64,000 nucleotides of DNA, taken from NCBI GenBank assembly GCA_010093815.1, contig ML996573.1. One strand, written 5' to 3'. Under the pieces are notes generated by a model. The model was not told where the DNA came from. It ran no database searches and saw nothing but the letters and a program-made list of their open reading frames with translations. The position numbers and the translations under genes were made by a program. Source of the stretch: Pseudovirgaria hyperparasitica (Eukaryota). Below are positions 63,260 to 64,000 of the stretch, piece after piece; position 1 is the stretch's first letter, and the number at the start of each line of letters is the position of its first letter.

Positions 63260-63556
63260 TGCTTGATTGGTCAAAGAATACTGGTCACGATAGAAAAAGA
63301 CATTTAAAAATGCCTGGTCCTTGAGTATTAAATGCTGCATTTATCGAGAACTCCACGTGATCGCATCCGGTGATACTTCGGCATGGTCTTGGCATTGCCC
63401 ACAAGCGAAAATTAGACGACACTATCCACAGAACTCACGAACTCGCCCACCGACCAATACTAACCTCTACCCAGCAAAGCAGAAAGGTATACAACCACAT
63501 ATACCGAATCAGTCAATCCGGTTGATAGCTAATTCTCGTGTAGTTCTCCGCCCAAG

Positions 63557-64000
63557 ATGAGTACGTTCGATCGACTAGCCATTCGATGGATGATTGCGAC
63601 TGACGGATTACCATAGCGAAGGGAACTTCAAGTTTTGGCAAGCGCCACAACAAGACACACACGCTCTGCAGACGTTGCGGTTAGTAATTTTTCATATGCA
63701 AAAGAGGAGGAGTCGACGTACATTGTTGGAGATATACACGCGAGATTGGATAGCCGAGACCAGTACTGACGGATTGACGCAACACAGGACGTCGCGCCCT
63801 CCACATCCAGAAGCACACCTGCGCCGCCTGCGGATACCCCAACGCCAGCATTCGCAAATGTACGTTCATACTCCCATCATGTCTTACTGGGTTTTCTACA
63901 AACGCTCGATACACCACACAACTAGACGCAACATGGAGAGGCTCTGTACTAACACACTTGCAGACAACTGGGGCGAGAAGGCTAAGCGCAGAAAGACCAC
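63557..64000 (+). CDS. RPL37: 60S ribosomal protein L37 (eL37), truncated by the window end; absent from the ORF track
   Basis: Exons 63557-63560, 63617-63679, 63788-63859 and 63964-64000 give [58 protein letters not shown]. Confidence 0.96.

Noticed and set aside
1..64000. CRISPR arrays, transposons, RIP-degraded elements, tRNA or rRNA genes, viral RdRP
   Set aside because: No repeat-spacer array, transposase or RT motifs, or cloverleaf seen; the RdRP is the intron-containing cellular DLDGD type.

Overview
Gene-dense, intron-containing eukaryotic DNA from a filamentous ascomycete (Pezizomycotina; a Dothideomycete-like gene set is my inference). It has short GT-AG introns with CTRAY branch sites. 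I found no CRISPR array, rRNA, tRNA or recognisable transposon. About 20 genes can be reconstructed by splicing, in order: ACS-family MFS permease; a large nucleotidyltransferase-like/ankyrin protein; a SAD-1/Rdp1-clade RNA-dependent RNA polymerase; a long coiled-coil protein; DLD1; HOM2; RPS4; palI; a disordered coiled-coil protein; a HET protein; a TPR-SET protein; dienelactone hydrolase; UBP3; MAG2/RNF10-like; ERG4; PHO84; a Zn2Cys6 factor; Sos7; an RS-rich protein; and RPL37 (truncated at the window end). Best leads: (1) a cryptic Pol-beta/CCA-like nucleotidyltransferase domain, split by introns and a 10-nt microexon and fused to ankyrin repeats, lying directly downstream of the RNA-silencing RdRP, which recalls known RdRP-NTase partnerships; (2) the 40S-ubiquitin writer (MAG2/RNF10) and eraser (UBP3/USP10) arranged head-to-head around a <1 kb shared promoter region; (3) a recurrent C-rich-then-G-rich switch at gene 3' ends; (4) a HET protein with hydrophobic insertions, an AUG-less N-terminal extension and structured RPS4 introns. 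All family calls come from motif recognition by eye; no searches were run.
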